From: Macrostomum lignano
Lineage: Eukaryota
DNA length: 63,242 nt
NCBI GenBank assembly: GCA_002269645.1
Contig: NIVC01002812.1
Span: forward strand, 1 to 63,242
Reading direction: 5' to 3'
Shown: piece by piece, positions 26,104 through 44,209 of the stretch
Position numbering within the stretch: position 1 is the stretch's first letter
Layout: every line of letters begins with the position of its first letter
Position numbers and translations under genes: made by a program
The notes under the pieces: generated by a model
The model's input: the letters and a program-made list of their open reading frames with translations, nothing else
Database searches by the model: none
What the model was told of the DNA's origin: nothing

Positions 26104-26109
26104 TATAAA
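26104..26109 (+). promoter_or_regulatory. Candidate TATA box for the 7TM gene
   Basis: TATAAA about 120 nt upstream of the ATG, after a GC-rich block; sequence match only. Confidence 0.3.
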
Positions 26110-26228
26110 CTATACTATATAATGGGTGACAGAGAGCCGAAACCGCGAGAGAGTTCAGACGTTAATTCTAATAGCAAATCTATAGTTTATTAGTTTTTGT
26201 TATAATATAATTTCAAAACAACCACAGC

Positions 26229-32521
<6,293 letters not shown>

Positions 32522-32581
32522 GGGCTCTCGATGGCAGCTGGCAGATTTAATTTTTTAGTATTACCGTCGCTTATCGAGGCG

Positions 32582-32584
<3 letters not shown>

Positions 32585-32657
<73 letters not shown>

Positions 32658-32691
32658 TACTGATTGATTGATTGATTGATTGATTGGTTGG

Positions 32692-32722
<31 letters not shown>

Positions 32723-32826
32723 GTTGATTTATTGATTAATTGATTGATTGATTAGTTAATTGATTGGTTGATTGGTTGGTTGACTGATTGAATGATTTGT
32801 TGATTGATTGATTGATTGATTATGGG

Positions 32827-32861
<35 letters not shown>

Positions 32862-32896
32862 ACTGGTCGAATGATTGATTGATTGATTGATGGATT

Positions 32897-32927
<31 letters not shown>

Positions 32928-33026
32928 TGGTTGTTTGGTTGATTGATTCATTGGTCAACTGATTGCTTTTTTGATTGATTGGTTGATTGGGTTGGTTGAT
33001 TGATTGATTGATTCATTGATTATGGG

Positions 33027-33061
<35 letters not shown>

Positions 33062-33128
33062 ACTGGTTGAATGATTGATTGATTGATTGATGGATTATTG
33101 ATTGATTGATTGATTGATTGATTATGGG

Positions 33129-33162
<34 letters not shown>

Positions 33163-33206
33163 ATGGGTTGATTGATTGATTCATTGATTGATTCATTGAT
33201 TATGGG

Positions 33207-33260
<54 letters not shown>

Positions 33261-33310
33261 ATGGGTTGATTGATTGATTGATTGATTGATTCACTGACTG
33301 GTCAACTGAC
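32585..33310. repeat. (GATT)n microsatellite
   Basis: Read directly. Confidence 0.95.
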
Positions 33311-34369
33311 ATAAATTACAGTCGAATTATTTGACCAAAAATCCAGTTTCTGAAGCGCGTGTAGCTGTTAAAATTTTTCACTGTAAGTTTATTTTGCCCT
33401 ATAATCAAGCGCGTATTTTAAACAATGTATTCGCAGCAACGCAGCACATTCCCGAAGCCCTCACTCTTTCATACCCCAAGGCAACTTGCATATAGCCACA
33501 TAAATACATGCATGTTCCTACTTTAACATTTTTGCTGCCTGCTCACTTAACATAACGTGTATTAATATTTAATTTAATGGATAAACTCTGTTTTAGAAAT
33601 GACTATATATTCTCCTGTTAATTAGTTTACTCGTATTATTGGAAGTACTCATATTTACGCCTAAATTATAGTAGAATTACAACAAAAATTCTTCCGAAAA
33701 AGTTTTATCATCCATAAAAATCCTTAGCCGCCTTTTTGTATATGAATCGATGTTTAGCTCTAAAGAAGTACATTTTTATATATTATATATTTATATATTT
33801 TATAATAAGACTCAATTTCAATAAGAAATATATACATTAAATTTTTCCATTGGTTTTTGCAGATACTGCTGTCAAAACTATCATTGGTTACTGTTGATAT
33901 TTTTTATAATTACTTTTGCGCATTTGCCTACTTTTTGTTAGCAGCTACAAGTAGTAGCTAATGAAATCAGGTTGCTGCTTAATTGAATACATACAAGTGG
34001 CTAATACCGGTTTTAAAAGCCTTCAACTCAAAAGAGTAATATTTTTAGGAGCTATAGTTAGGGAGTTACTTTAATTTGCTAGCTAAATAGCAATTAAAGA
34101 AAATAAGCAAACTATTTAAATTTAGACTTACATTGAACAGTTAAGTGGGGCGCAGGACCCTGATGGTAAAGGGGGGAGGGGGGGGGGTTGTGCGCAAGAG
34201 GGGTGAATACGCGACTAAGAAAAGAGGTGAAATTTACGAGCCAATCAAAAGTCAGGGAGGGAGAGAGATAAGAAGAACAAGATTAAACAAGGAGAGGGAG
34301 AGAAAACAGAGAAAACAGAGACGAGTGCAGATGAACTGAAGAACTAGTGGTCAAGCGCGCGCAAGACAG

Positions 34370-34610
34370 TGGGAGATGCACGTAGGCACTGACACCGCCC
34401 CGGCACTTGCGCTGCCCAATGGAGGAGCCATCGCGCCGTGTGCCGATGACCGACGCACGAGAGAGCCCTGGACGCGCTCCACAGGTCCCTGCTGCTGCGC
34501 TACGCCAAGAGCGTGCACTACCCCGAGAAGTTGCCGACCAGAGAGATCTGATGGTCCGCACCGGCATTCCACATCTGAGCGTTACCCTGCGCCGGCGACG
34601 CCAGGAGTAA
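34370..34610 (+). mobile_element. RTE-type LINE remnant (post-RT C-terminal region), frameshifted
   Basis: Joined frames give VPMTDARE/RALDALHRSLLLRYAKSVHYPEKLPTRE/LMVRTGIPHLSVTLRRRRQ, matching the RTE pattern of W.LT..ER.LD.FH..LLR..I.W, then RT..P.IS..IRRRR. Confidence 0.55.
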
Positions 34611-35147
34611 AGTATTACATATTGAAAATTATATTAAAAGAAGATGCGAGGTTATGCTTGTTGGACTTGATAAGTAGGATCAGATCCAAAGATTGAGCTA
34701 AATAGCTAGAGCAGCTATATGCTTATAGTTTAGATTCGTTAGATATTATATTAAATCTCATTAGATTAAGCTGCTTTATAACATATTAGATTATTTAAAG
34801 ATTACATATTAAATTAGATATTTACATTATTTATTAAATGTAATTTAATAGAATTAGATTACGCTAAGTTAGCTATATTTGAATGTATATTAATTACAAT
34901 ACATTTTGCTGGAATAATCCGAGTGCAGTTAAATAGAAATTCGAATAATCGAGATAAAAAACTAGAACTTGGTCAGTTTAAATTATTGATCATGTAGTGA
35001 TTATTATAATTCACTTACAAGTAAATTTGACCATCAGTAATTCGAAGAATATTATGAAAATTGTTATTAAAATGAACTTTTAATTAAAACTTCATTCAAA
35101 AAGTGTAAGCGATATAATTTCGTAAAACAGCAGCAACCTTCACAAGC

Positions 35148-36575
35148 TCACATCAAATCCAACAATATGAATGATTTGTACAAAACACTACAAGCAACTA
35201 ATGCACCCACTGTGCTACTAACAGTAGCATCAGAAGATGAGGACAAACTTTCTGATGCATTATTTTTGTTTAATTCGCGTTGCTGGGTTTGCAGCACGGC
35301 ATCTTGACAAGGCAGTCCAGAGTCTCGCCGATCAGCCAGGTAGACTCGACAATCTGCTCCTACAACTTGTCGACAACCAAACCTTCCAGCTGGATGCAAA
35401 GCAGATAATTGTCTTTGATGTCGCCGACAATTATTATTGACAGGGGATCTGCCTGTGTAGGGACAAGCCAGTCGGGAATCCCACTTAGAAACCAGGTGCT
35501 GCCGACAATCAATGCCCAGATGGTAGCGACAAATTCCAACTAGGCGAGGCATCAGATCTGACAAGGTCGGGAACTTCAGCTGACGGCGAGTCCATCTACC
35601 GCCACCGTCGCGGCCGCTATCGGATTGGGTCAGCTCGATGCTGACCTCGTGGCACCTGCCTTCCTGGTCGCGCCGGGTTACGTAGGTCAGCTTACCTGAA
35701 CTGCTGCTATCGAACGTGTCAGCATTGATTGACCTTACCCTACCTTTGATAATGCCGCGACTGCCACAAAGCTCGTTGTTAGAAGTGTCGCTGCCGTCTC
35801 TCTCGATGTCACTGTCGTTTCTTTTGATATCGTCGCCGTCTCTTTTGATGTCACCGCCGTCTCCTTTGATGTCGCCGCCGTCTCTTTTGAACTTGCCGCC
35901 ATCTCTTTTGATCTTGCCACCGTTTATTTTGATGTCGCCATCGTTTCTTTTGATGTGGCCGCCATCTCCTTTGATGTCGCCGCCGTCTCCTTTGATTTCG
36001 CCGTTGTCTGTTTTGAACTTGCCGCCGTCTCTTTTGATCTTGCCGCCCTTTATTTTGATTTTGCCGTCGTCTCTTTTGATGTGGCCGCCATCTCCTTTGA
36101 TGTCGCTGTCGTCTCCTTTGATTTCGCCGCCGTCTGTTTTGAACTTGCCGCCGTCTCTTTTGAACTTGCCGCCATCTCTTTTAATCTTGCCGTCATTTAT
36201 TTTGATATCGCCACCATCTCTTTTAACGTCTCCACCTTCAACGCTTTCTCCGCTACCTTTGTTCTTGCCGCCACTAACGTCGGCTTTATCAGCCTCTCCG
36301 CACAACTGATTATAAATTTTGCTTCCTTTGATGTTGCCGCCACCGGCGCTAACCACGCTTTTACCATCAACCAACAAGACCCACTCGCACTCCGTAGCCA
36401 TCGGCAGTTGCATTAAAGCAATTAGCTGACTAATTTGTCGACCTCCAACTGTTTCTGTGAGCAGACGTACTGAATTATCCGGACAGTCTGGGATACTGCC
36501 GTTTACCTGTGAGTACAGCTGAACTGTTATAAGCAGGATGAGCCATTTAGTATTTTTTCTAATGACGATCGGCAT
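35148..36575 (-). CDS. Single-exon secreted/GPI-like protein with about 20 heptad GGDIKRD-type repeats and a Cys-rich duplicated module (475 aa from ATG 36575)
   Basis: Uninterrupted 492-codon ORF with non-repetitive flanking domains. Signal-peptide-like MPIVIRKNTKWLILLITVQLYSQVNG. C-terminal Ser-rich spacer followed by a hydrophobic end. No homolog recognised. Confidence 0.6.
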   Translation of the reverse strand: MPIVIRKNTKWLILLITVQLYSQVNGSIPDCPDNSVRLLTETVGGRQISQLIALMQLPMATECEWVLLVDGKSVVSAGGGNIKGSKIYNQLCGEADKADVSGGKNKGSGESVEGGDVKRDGGDIKINDGKIKRDGGKFKRDGGKFKTDGGEIKGDDSDIKGDGGHIKRDDGKIKIKGGKIKRDGGKFKTDNGEIKGDGGDIKGDGGHIKRNDGDIKINGGKIKRDGGKFKRDGGDIKGDGGDIKRDGDDIKRNDSDIERDGSDTSNNELCGSRGIIKGRVRSINADTFDSSSSGKLTYVTRRDQEGRCHEVSIELTQSDSGRDGGGRWTRRQLKFPTLSDLMPRLVGICRYHLGIDCRQHLVSKWDSRLACPYTGRSPVNNNCRRHQRQLSALHPAGRFGCRQVVGADCRVYLADRRDSGLPCQDAVLQTQQRELNKNNASESLSSSSDATVSSTVGALVACSVLYKSFILLDLM

Positions 36576-37419
36576 CTCTGCTTTGTGTCTTGATTTTTTA
36601 CGAAATTTCGAGCACTGAGTATTCACTTCTACCAGCTAGAATAATTATCGCCATATAGGTTCCAGGTACGCCAAGGAATTGACAGGAAACTGAGTTCACC
36701 CTATTGGCTATGCCGATTTCGTCCAATAAATCATGGACCACTAAAAGCATGGACCACTATCAAAACACACACTTGGACTTGAAGCCCTAAGCTTTGATGC
36801 TACGCTTTTTTAGAATCGAAAACAAAGGTTTATTTCTGAAAAAAAGTTTTTATAATTTTTCATGTCTGATAATGATTGACTGGTTTCTTTTTCTGGTTTC
36901 CATTCCACGATGCTTTTACAGTGGTTCATGCCACCACTAGCTGGTCTATAGTCTTTCTGCAGAACATATAGTTTTTAATTAACTCGACATTCACTTTCAG
37001 GACCGCGATCTGGCACCCAGGGTCAAACATGACGGGTTTGCACCGAAAGGAAAAAAACAATGTTTTGACAATTTTTCAGCTTCAAAAAATTGATTGAAAC
37101 CTTCTTGCGGCTGCTTGTGAATTTGGGAAAGTTGAGGCTAAGCAAGCCCAAGCTAATTCCGCAAGGTCAAGAACGTGACTTCAATTTGAATGAAGTCTAG
37201 GTATAGACCTCAGTCTAGGTCAGGGTGACTCAGCATGTTTATTTAGCTACCAATTATTTTTTAGAATTCTAGCTTGCAATACACAATCAATTATTAATTA
37301 GCTCGTGCTAGTAATTTTTAGTTGAAATAAGCTGTTCGAACATTTAATTCGTCAATGTTTATATATATTTAACTAAAATGATTTGTTAGTTATCGCAAAA
37401 GTAACAAGAAGGAGTTGCA

Positions 37420-37660
37420 GAGTGAGAGAGATGCAGGGAGGGAGGGATGTGGAGGGAGGGAGAGAGATGCAGGGAGTGAAATGTAGGGAGGGAGATGCAG
37501 GGAGGGAGATTCAGGGAGGGAGATGCAGGGAAGGGAGATGCAGGGAGGGAGATGCAGGGAGGGAGATTCAGGGAGGGAGATGCAGGGAAGGGAGATGCAG
37601 GGAGGGAGATGCAGGAAGGGAGATGCAGGGAGGGAGATGCAGGGAGGGAGATGCAGGGAG
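37420..37660. repeat. 14-15-bp purine-rich repeat (GGGAGGGAGATGCA)
   Basis: Read directly. Confidence 0.85.
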
Positions 37661-38357
37661 AGGGCGAAAACTCTGGATTGATTTTCCCCAGGTTAAAGCG
37701 AGTTTCACTATTAACTCACTGACAGGAAATCTTAAAAAAGCAATGTCAGCAAATGCGTTTCAGATAGAAAAACGAGTTTGCTAATCGAATTTGGTTAAGC
37801 TGCATATGTATACATGTACGCTCCTATTTAGATTAAATTTCTGTGCTTAGCAAACACAGGTATTTCGAGAAATTGTTTGAGTTCAATTTTATCCAGGCAA
37901 GGCAGGGGTCAAAGGTCAATTTTAGTTTCTTTCATTTCGATACCAAGCTTTTACTCAATGAGCTGGTTTGTTGCATCCAATTCAAACAATATCAATTCGG
38001 CATATTCACAATTCAACTCGGACCGTCGTCACGTCTTCGGAGTCGGTGTCGGCAGTCAATCTCACCGGTCTCTTGTCAGTGTCTCCAGTCGTCTCCAGTC
38101 GTTTTTTTATCTCATCTCATCTCTCGTATTCAACTGACGTTATTTTTCAACACTTTTTCTATACTGTACGCTCGTATGGTCTGTACCAGTTGTCATCAGT
38201 TAAAAATTGCAAATTTTAAGGGGGAGCTGGCTGGTCTAATCCAGTCTCATCTCTATTCAGTCATTTCAGTCTTGTTATCGGTTCAAAATACAACTCATTA
38301 AAAATCTAAGTTTAAAATTGTCTTAATATTTTGCATTCACTCTACTCTTTTGTATTC

Positions 38358-40270
38358 TGTGGTGCCGTAGCGCTGTGCTCTGGGCGCTGACTAACTAACT
38401 TAAGTTATGTACGTGACGTGCACACCATTCTTTCCTCTCCCTTCGCTCTGACTGGCAATATCCCTAAGCTTCCATGCACTTGTACGTAGTTTATTGTCAT
38501 CACGTGACTTTATTTTGGTGTTCTCTCAGCCCCTGCTCGTCTCATTATTAAATAGGCTACTTGCTAGTTAAAATAAACCTTGAGTTTCTTTGTGCCAACT
38601 GCACGGCACGACAATGGCGTCGCAAGCAAGTGCACCACTAAACGATCCAGCCATAACTGAGGCATGGCTCAGGAGTTTCGCCGCACTTAGTCGAAGCAAG
38701 AAGCTGACGGACTCCAATGAAGATCGCCAGATTACTGACCTTTCCAAGGCGGGAGTCGAGGCAGTCCGCAGAGTGTCTGTCATGACGCAGCCCAAGCAAC
38801 AGGAGAATATGGATTTCGCTGACATTCGCAAACTGATCATGGAGAAGGTGGCAACCAAGAAAAGGCTGGTCATTGCGGAGAGGTCCAAATTCATGGCACT
38901 TCGACAGGATACTGGCGAATCGATTAAGCAATTTGCACAGCGCCTCAGGGATGCCTCCAGGTACTGCGAATTCAGCAAGCTGAACGCTGAGGGCTGCCAT
39001 CAGACTGCCGAGGACGAGCTCAGTCAGACGATGCTGATCAGCGGACTGCAGAACATGCAGCATCGAGCCAAGGCTCTCGAGTTCATCCAAAGCGCTGCCG
39101 CAGCTGTGAAGCTGGATACCTGCGTCGAATATGTTCAACAGCTGGAGCTCATCCAGCAGTACAGCAGCTCCGATCAGGTCAAGCAGTCATCGACCAGCTC
39201 CAGCACCCCAGCTGAGCAGCCAGCCCCAGCAGCCATCGCCAGCGTAGACAAGAACCGAAGTGCCAAAAAGCAGTGCAAGTTCTGTGGCCAAAAGCACCCA
39301 AGCTGCCGATGTCCAGCCTGGGGCAAGACGTGCGTGAAATGCGGACGCCGCAACCACTTCGCAGCCGTGTGCAAAAGCAGCACCCAGAACAAGTCCGCAC
39401 ACGAGCTCGAGACTGAGGAACCGGAAGGCAACCTAGCTCGCAACCCAGTCTTCACCGTCAGCAGCACGAATAAGAGCAAGACGAGCAGCATCAAGAATGT
39501 GAAGCTGGACGGTAAGCTCCTAGCGATGCAGCTCGATTCTGGATTGGACGCCAGCATCATCCCCAAGAACTTTTGGAAAGCCTTGGGTGAACCTCGGCTC
39601 AAGCGGTGTCCCAGGCAGCTTCGCCAGTTCGATGGGTCTGTCATCAAGACCCTCGGTTGCTTCTTGGCTGTAGTAGAGCTCAGCGACAGAGTTGCCTGCA
39701 TCGAGGTTACTGTGGCCGCGTGCGAGAAGAACCATGGACTGCTGGGCACCGATGCTTTGGACTTAAAGCTCGACGGAGTTGCCATCAACCACGCTGAGGT
39801 GACACCCCCGCTAGGCAAGCTGCGGGACTTCAGGGCTCGGATTGTCTTGAAAGGGGGCCGTAGCCCAGCGGTAGCGCAGCTGCTCTGGTGTTCCAGCGAC
39901 CCAGGCTCGATTCCAAGTGCAGTCACATTAATTTGGGGCTGAATTGGCTTAGCTCTGCTCGTGCAATTAACGGCCTTGAGAGCCAACCCCCCAAGGCGCA
40001 GAGAAGTGTACATGCCTAACGATAAAATAAAGTTAGGGCCGCTGTACACTCCTGTGTGAGTGTGTGCTTGTGTACGGATCCGCGCGCTTGTGTGCCTGCT
40101 CAGGGGAGTCGGCGGAATGGGCAGTAATGCCTCTCGCCGGTTGTGTGCCTATGTCGCTTAAAGTGCGCCAGGGTGCACACAACCCCCCTGCCTCTAATAA
40201 AAAAAGCTATTTCGAGGCCCGTCAGGTACCGATCCACGTGAAGCCGCTGGTCATCAAGAAGCTGCGGAAG
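38358..40270 (+). mobile_element. Truncated Ty3/Gypsy LTR retrotransposon: 5' LTR 38358-38613, PBS about 38615-38630, gag-protease from ATG 38614, RT start interrupted by a SINE and truncated near 40270
   Basis: LTR termini TGTGGTGCCGT / ACGGCACGACA form an inverted pair (10/11), with an internal AATAAA and TGGCG immediately 3'. Gag ERSKFMALRQ..GESI..F..RLR; zinc knuckles CKFCGQKH..C and CVKCGRRNHFAAVC; protease QLDSG; RT lead-in LGKLRDFRARIVLK..YFEARQVP. No 3' LTR seen. Confidence 0.9.
39853..40207 (+). mobile_element. tRNA-derived SINE inserted in the Gypsy pol
   Basis: A box TAGCCCAGCGG (39861-39871), B box GGCTCGATTCC (39904-39914), A-rich end AATAAAAAAAG. The Gypsy peptide stops before it and resumes after it. 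Confidence 0.7.
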
Positions 40271-40398
40271 ATATAAATATACTGGTTTGGGCCCTGCGCC
40301 CATTTACTGCTCCTCTTAGTATTCAATTTAACTCCAATTAAATTTTCTCTAGTTTTTAGTCTTATTTTCTCTTCATAGGGACTGACCACTTGTATCCA

Positions 40399-41130
40399 TT
40401 CGGTCATAGAGACTGACTGATTGTCTCAATTCGGTCATAGAGACTGATTGCTTGAGTTAATTCGGTCATAGAGACTGACTGATTGTCTCAATTCGGTCAT
40501 AGAGACTGATTGCTTGAGTTAATTCGGTCATAGAGACTGATTGCTTGAGTTAATTCGATCATAGAGACTGACTGATTGTCTCAATTCGGTCATAGAGACT
40601 GACTGATTGTCTCAATTCGGTCATAGAGACTGACTGATTGTCTCAATTCGGTCATAGAGACTGACTGATTGTCTCAATTCGGTCATAGAGACTGATTGCT
40701 TGAGTTAATTCGATCATAGAGACTGACTGATTGTCTCAATTCGGTCATAGAGACTGATTGCTTGAGTTAATTCGATCATAGAGACTGACTGATTGTCTCA
40801 ATTCGGTCATAGAGACTGACTGATTGTCTCAATTCGGTCATAGAGACTGATTGCTTGAGTTAATTCGGTCATAGAGACTGACTGATTGTCTCAATTCGGT
40901 CATAGAGACTGACTGATTATCTCAATTCAGTCATAGAGACTGACTGATTATCTCAATTCAGTCATAGAGACTGACTGATTATCTCAATTCAGTCATAGAG
41001 ACTGACTGATTATCTCAATTCAGTCATAGAGACTGACTGATTATCTCAATTCAGTCATAGAGACTGATTGCTTGAGTTAATTCGATCATAGAGACTGACT
41101 GATTGTCTCAATTCGGTCATAGAGACTGAC
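40399..41130. repeat. 31-bp minisatellite with two 31-bp variants (ATAGAGACTGACTGATTGTCTCAATTCGGTC / ATAGAGACTGATTGCTTGAGTTAATTCGGTC)
   Basis: Period 31 (40561/40592; 40501/40532). Confidence 0.95.
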
Positions 41131-42075
41131 CTCAATATGTGACTTTCTATCAGTTCATAGACAGACATAAAGCAGTGCGATAGCTAATCAAATTCTATAT
41201 ACTACTTACTAATCAACAAGCAAATAAGTAGTATGTAAAGTAAGTGACTCAAGAGAATTAATACGGTTCTTATTACTTTTACTAAATAGAACTTGGCTAT
41301 GATCACAAATGTTTGTAGTGTGACAGTAAAATTGCGGAAGGGATGCGGGCACTCTGGCGCAACGCCTTCGACTACATCGTGCCGCAACCAGCGTTTGAGG
41401 CGATTCTGATTTTCTAATCGTCAGGATGTGCACTCTCTGTGCTTTATTTAGTTGGCTCCACAGATACTAGAATAACAGTTACTCTAGTATCTGTGGCTAG
41501 GAGTCGAGGCGCGAGAGCTGCTCCTGCCCTTCTAGTTAGAGTAATCTTCTCAAGGTGAAAAGAGGTTAAAAAATCATGTATCCTGACCCTGGTGGATCCA
41601 ATATATGCTAGCAAAAATTCAAGGTATAGCGATTGAACAGATTCACGATATAACCATAGCAGCAGAAAGTGTCACACGAGCCATTTAACCTCATCTAGAT
41701 GCTCTCAAAAATTCAAGTTGAAGCAAAAAAGTTATAATTATCTACGCTTGTAAGAATGCATTAGGTATAGAAGCTTATAATGGAATGAACCCACACACTG
41801 CCCCTTCTTCTGCTTTCGGTGGTATAGCAGCAAGTTCGTTCGATAAGCCAGCCCCGCAAATGGCAAACGGCACGGCAAGCATTCGAAGTGGGACAGGGTT
41901 GGTGCGACGGGCGGCTGGGGGAGGGAGAAGGTTATGGGGAAAAATCCATAGCTTGGTAAGTACGCCGCAGTTCCGTAGGATCCTGCACGCGGTGAACGCA
42001 AGTTAGAACAAATGAAAAGGTTAAACGGTGGCTAGAAAATGCCTCTGTTCCTGTCCTAGCGTTGTTGTAGCTTTA

Positions 42076-42085
42076 CCATTTTTGG
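42076..42085 (+). promoter_or_regulatory. CArG box (SRF site) upstream of troponin C
   Basis: CCATTTTTGG fits CC(A/T)6GG, about 320 nt upstream of the ATG of a muscle gene; function untested. Confidence 0.4.
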
Positions 42086-42407
42086 CATGGTCTTTGCAAC
42101 TGAGAGAGGAGGAAAGGAAAGTCGAAAGATATGGAGGGGAGCCATCCATTTGACCTGAACTGCGAGGCGTTGGTCGAAGTTGGTCGTCCCTCGCTTTCAA
42201 GAGATGCACAGGATTCGGTATGTGCATCTCCCATCTCTCTCTCCCCCGGCCTCCAGTCCCCAATCCCCAACCTTCAAGCCTCCCACATTTTCTTGGCTTA
42301 TACCAGAACCCTCTTCGGCACCAGGTAGAAGCAAGGGGGCGATTCTTTCGACAAGACAGATATTAGAGTTCCATACATTCAAGCAAGTAGAATACATTCA
42401 TTGCAAA

Positions 42408-43295
42408 ATGGTGAGTTCAGTTTATTTCTATTGTAAATTTATGCACGTTCTAGAACCTAATCACCGTCTGTTTATGTTTCCAGGCACTAGTAGTGGACGA
42501 GTTCACTGTCCCGGAGGACAAGGTCAACTGTGAGTGACTAAAGCGAGTGAATTTTCTTGTTGAATTCAAATATCAACTCAACGTCTTTTATTTGAACCTC
42601 CCAGCCGCCAAGGATGTGTTCAAGAAGTTCGACAAAAAAGGCCAGGGTCGCATCAGCACGATGGACCTCGGACCAGCTTTCAAGGCGTTGAACCTCAACG
42701 CCAAGGCCGACCAACTGAAGGAATGGGCCGATCTTGTCGATGAGGAAGGTGAGCAGGCTGAGACCTCTGATTTGTTGAGCACCACTAAGAGACGTAATTA
42801 ATCACACAGCTGACATATTTCCTTTGCAGCCACCGGCTTCATCAACCAGGATGGCTTCCTGACTCTTTTCGGCAAGAAGCTGAAGTACGACCAGGACGAG
42901 CGGGACCTTCGCGACGCTTTTCGCATCCTCGATAAGAAAAAGACCGGCGAAATTGACGTTGAGGATCTGCGGTGAGAAATACAATTATAAATTATATTCA
43001 GATTCGCTACTTGCCTACTAAAAGTAGCCTAAAGAAACATAAAAATCCGTTTTATCATTCGAAACAGGTGGCTGCTAAAAAGCCTTGGCGACGACTTGAC
43101 CGAGGAGGACATTGACGACATGATCCGCGAGACCGACACTGACGGCTCTGGGTTTGTTGATTTCGACGGTAAGCGGGCCTGACACCAAAAGGGGGGCGAA
43201 CTGCTAGTCCACAATACTAAAATAATAGATTGTGAAATTCCATAACATACATGCAAAACATTTCAGAGTTTTACAAACTGATGAACTCGGAGTGA
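42408..43295 (+). CDS. TnC: Troponin C (lophotrochozoan type), 6 exons: 42408-42410, 42484-42529, 42605-42748, 42830-42971, 43068-43168, 43267-43295 (154 aa)
   Basis: [115 protein letters not shown] closely matches molluscan TnC. Only EF-hand IV is fully canonical. ATG-only first coding exon. Confidence 0.92.
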
Positions 43296-43981
43296 ACTCC
43301 AGCATCCAAGTGCCGCCCCAACAAACGGGTCCGACATGCAAAATGCCTAATTAGTCATACATTAATATTCGTAGTCGGTGACTTTTAAGCTACTCAAACA
43401 ATGCCGCCTCAATACATTTTGTTGCACCCGAATTTATCCGGCACCGCAGTTGCTATTCGCAAATCTTAAAACACTGAAAGACGTTCTTGTTTCTGTGGCA
43501 ATTTACCTTTGTCTGAGGCGCGGCCCTAAAGTGACTCTCGAAACCTCTTTATAACAAAAGCTTACTGTGTTTTAATACTCTCGATGTCTTTTCTTTGCTT
43601 TCAATATAGTCTTACAATCTTCCCCCTATTTCTCTCCTTCCTATGTACTTTTATGCTATAGGAAAGCTTGTTAATTAAAACAAAAAAGACTAGCAAATTA
43701 TTAATTCTCATCGTTAAATCTTCATGATTATTTTAAGGGTGGTGACTAGTGACTAAAGTGGTTTATTCTATTGTAAAAATTAGGCCAATGTAACAACACT
43801 TGTTGAACTTGTTGGCGGACTGCATTGTCAAAAAATAAACAAGAATAAAGAGTGCCTTACGAGCATCCGTGAGTCAGGATGCAAACTGCACGGCCCTTGA
43901 TCACTATTTATTCATCGATTTAAGCAAATGTAAACAACTTTTCACATTGTTGACGATTCTCTTTTAACGATCATGCAACCA

Positions 43982-44209
<228 letters not shown>

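Noticed and set aside
36732-36930. MITE bounded by CATGGACCAC / GTGGTTCATG
   Set aside because: The inverted match is short and there is no target-site duplication.
39853-39925. Functional tRNA genes here and at 59394-59470
   Set aside because: A and B boxes are present, but the acceptor and anticodon stems pair poorly and both continue into SINE bodies and tails.
42408-43295. Calmodulin
   Set aside because: EF-hands I-III are degenerate and the sequence matches molluscan-type troponin C, not highly conserved calmodulin.
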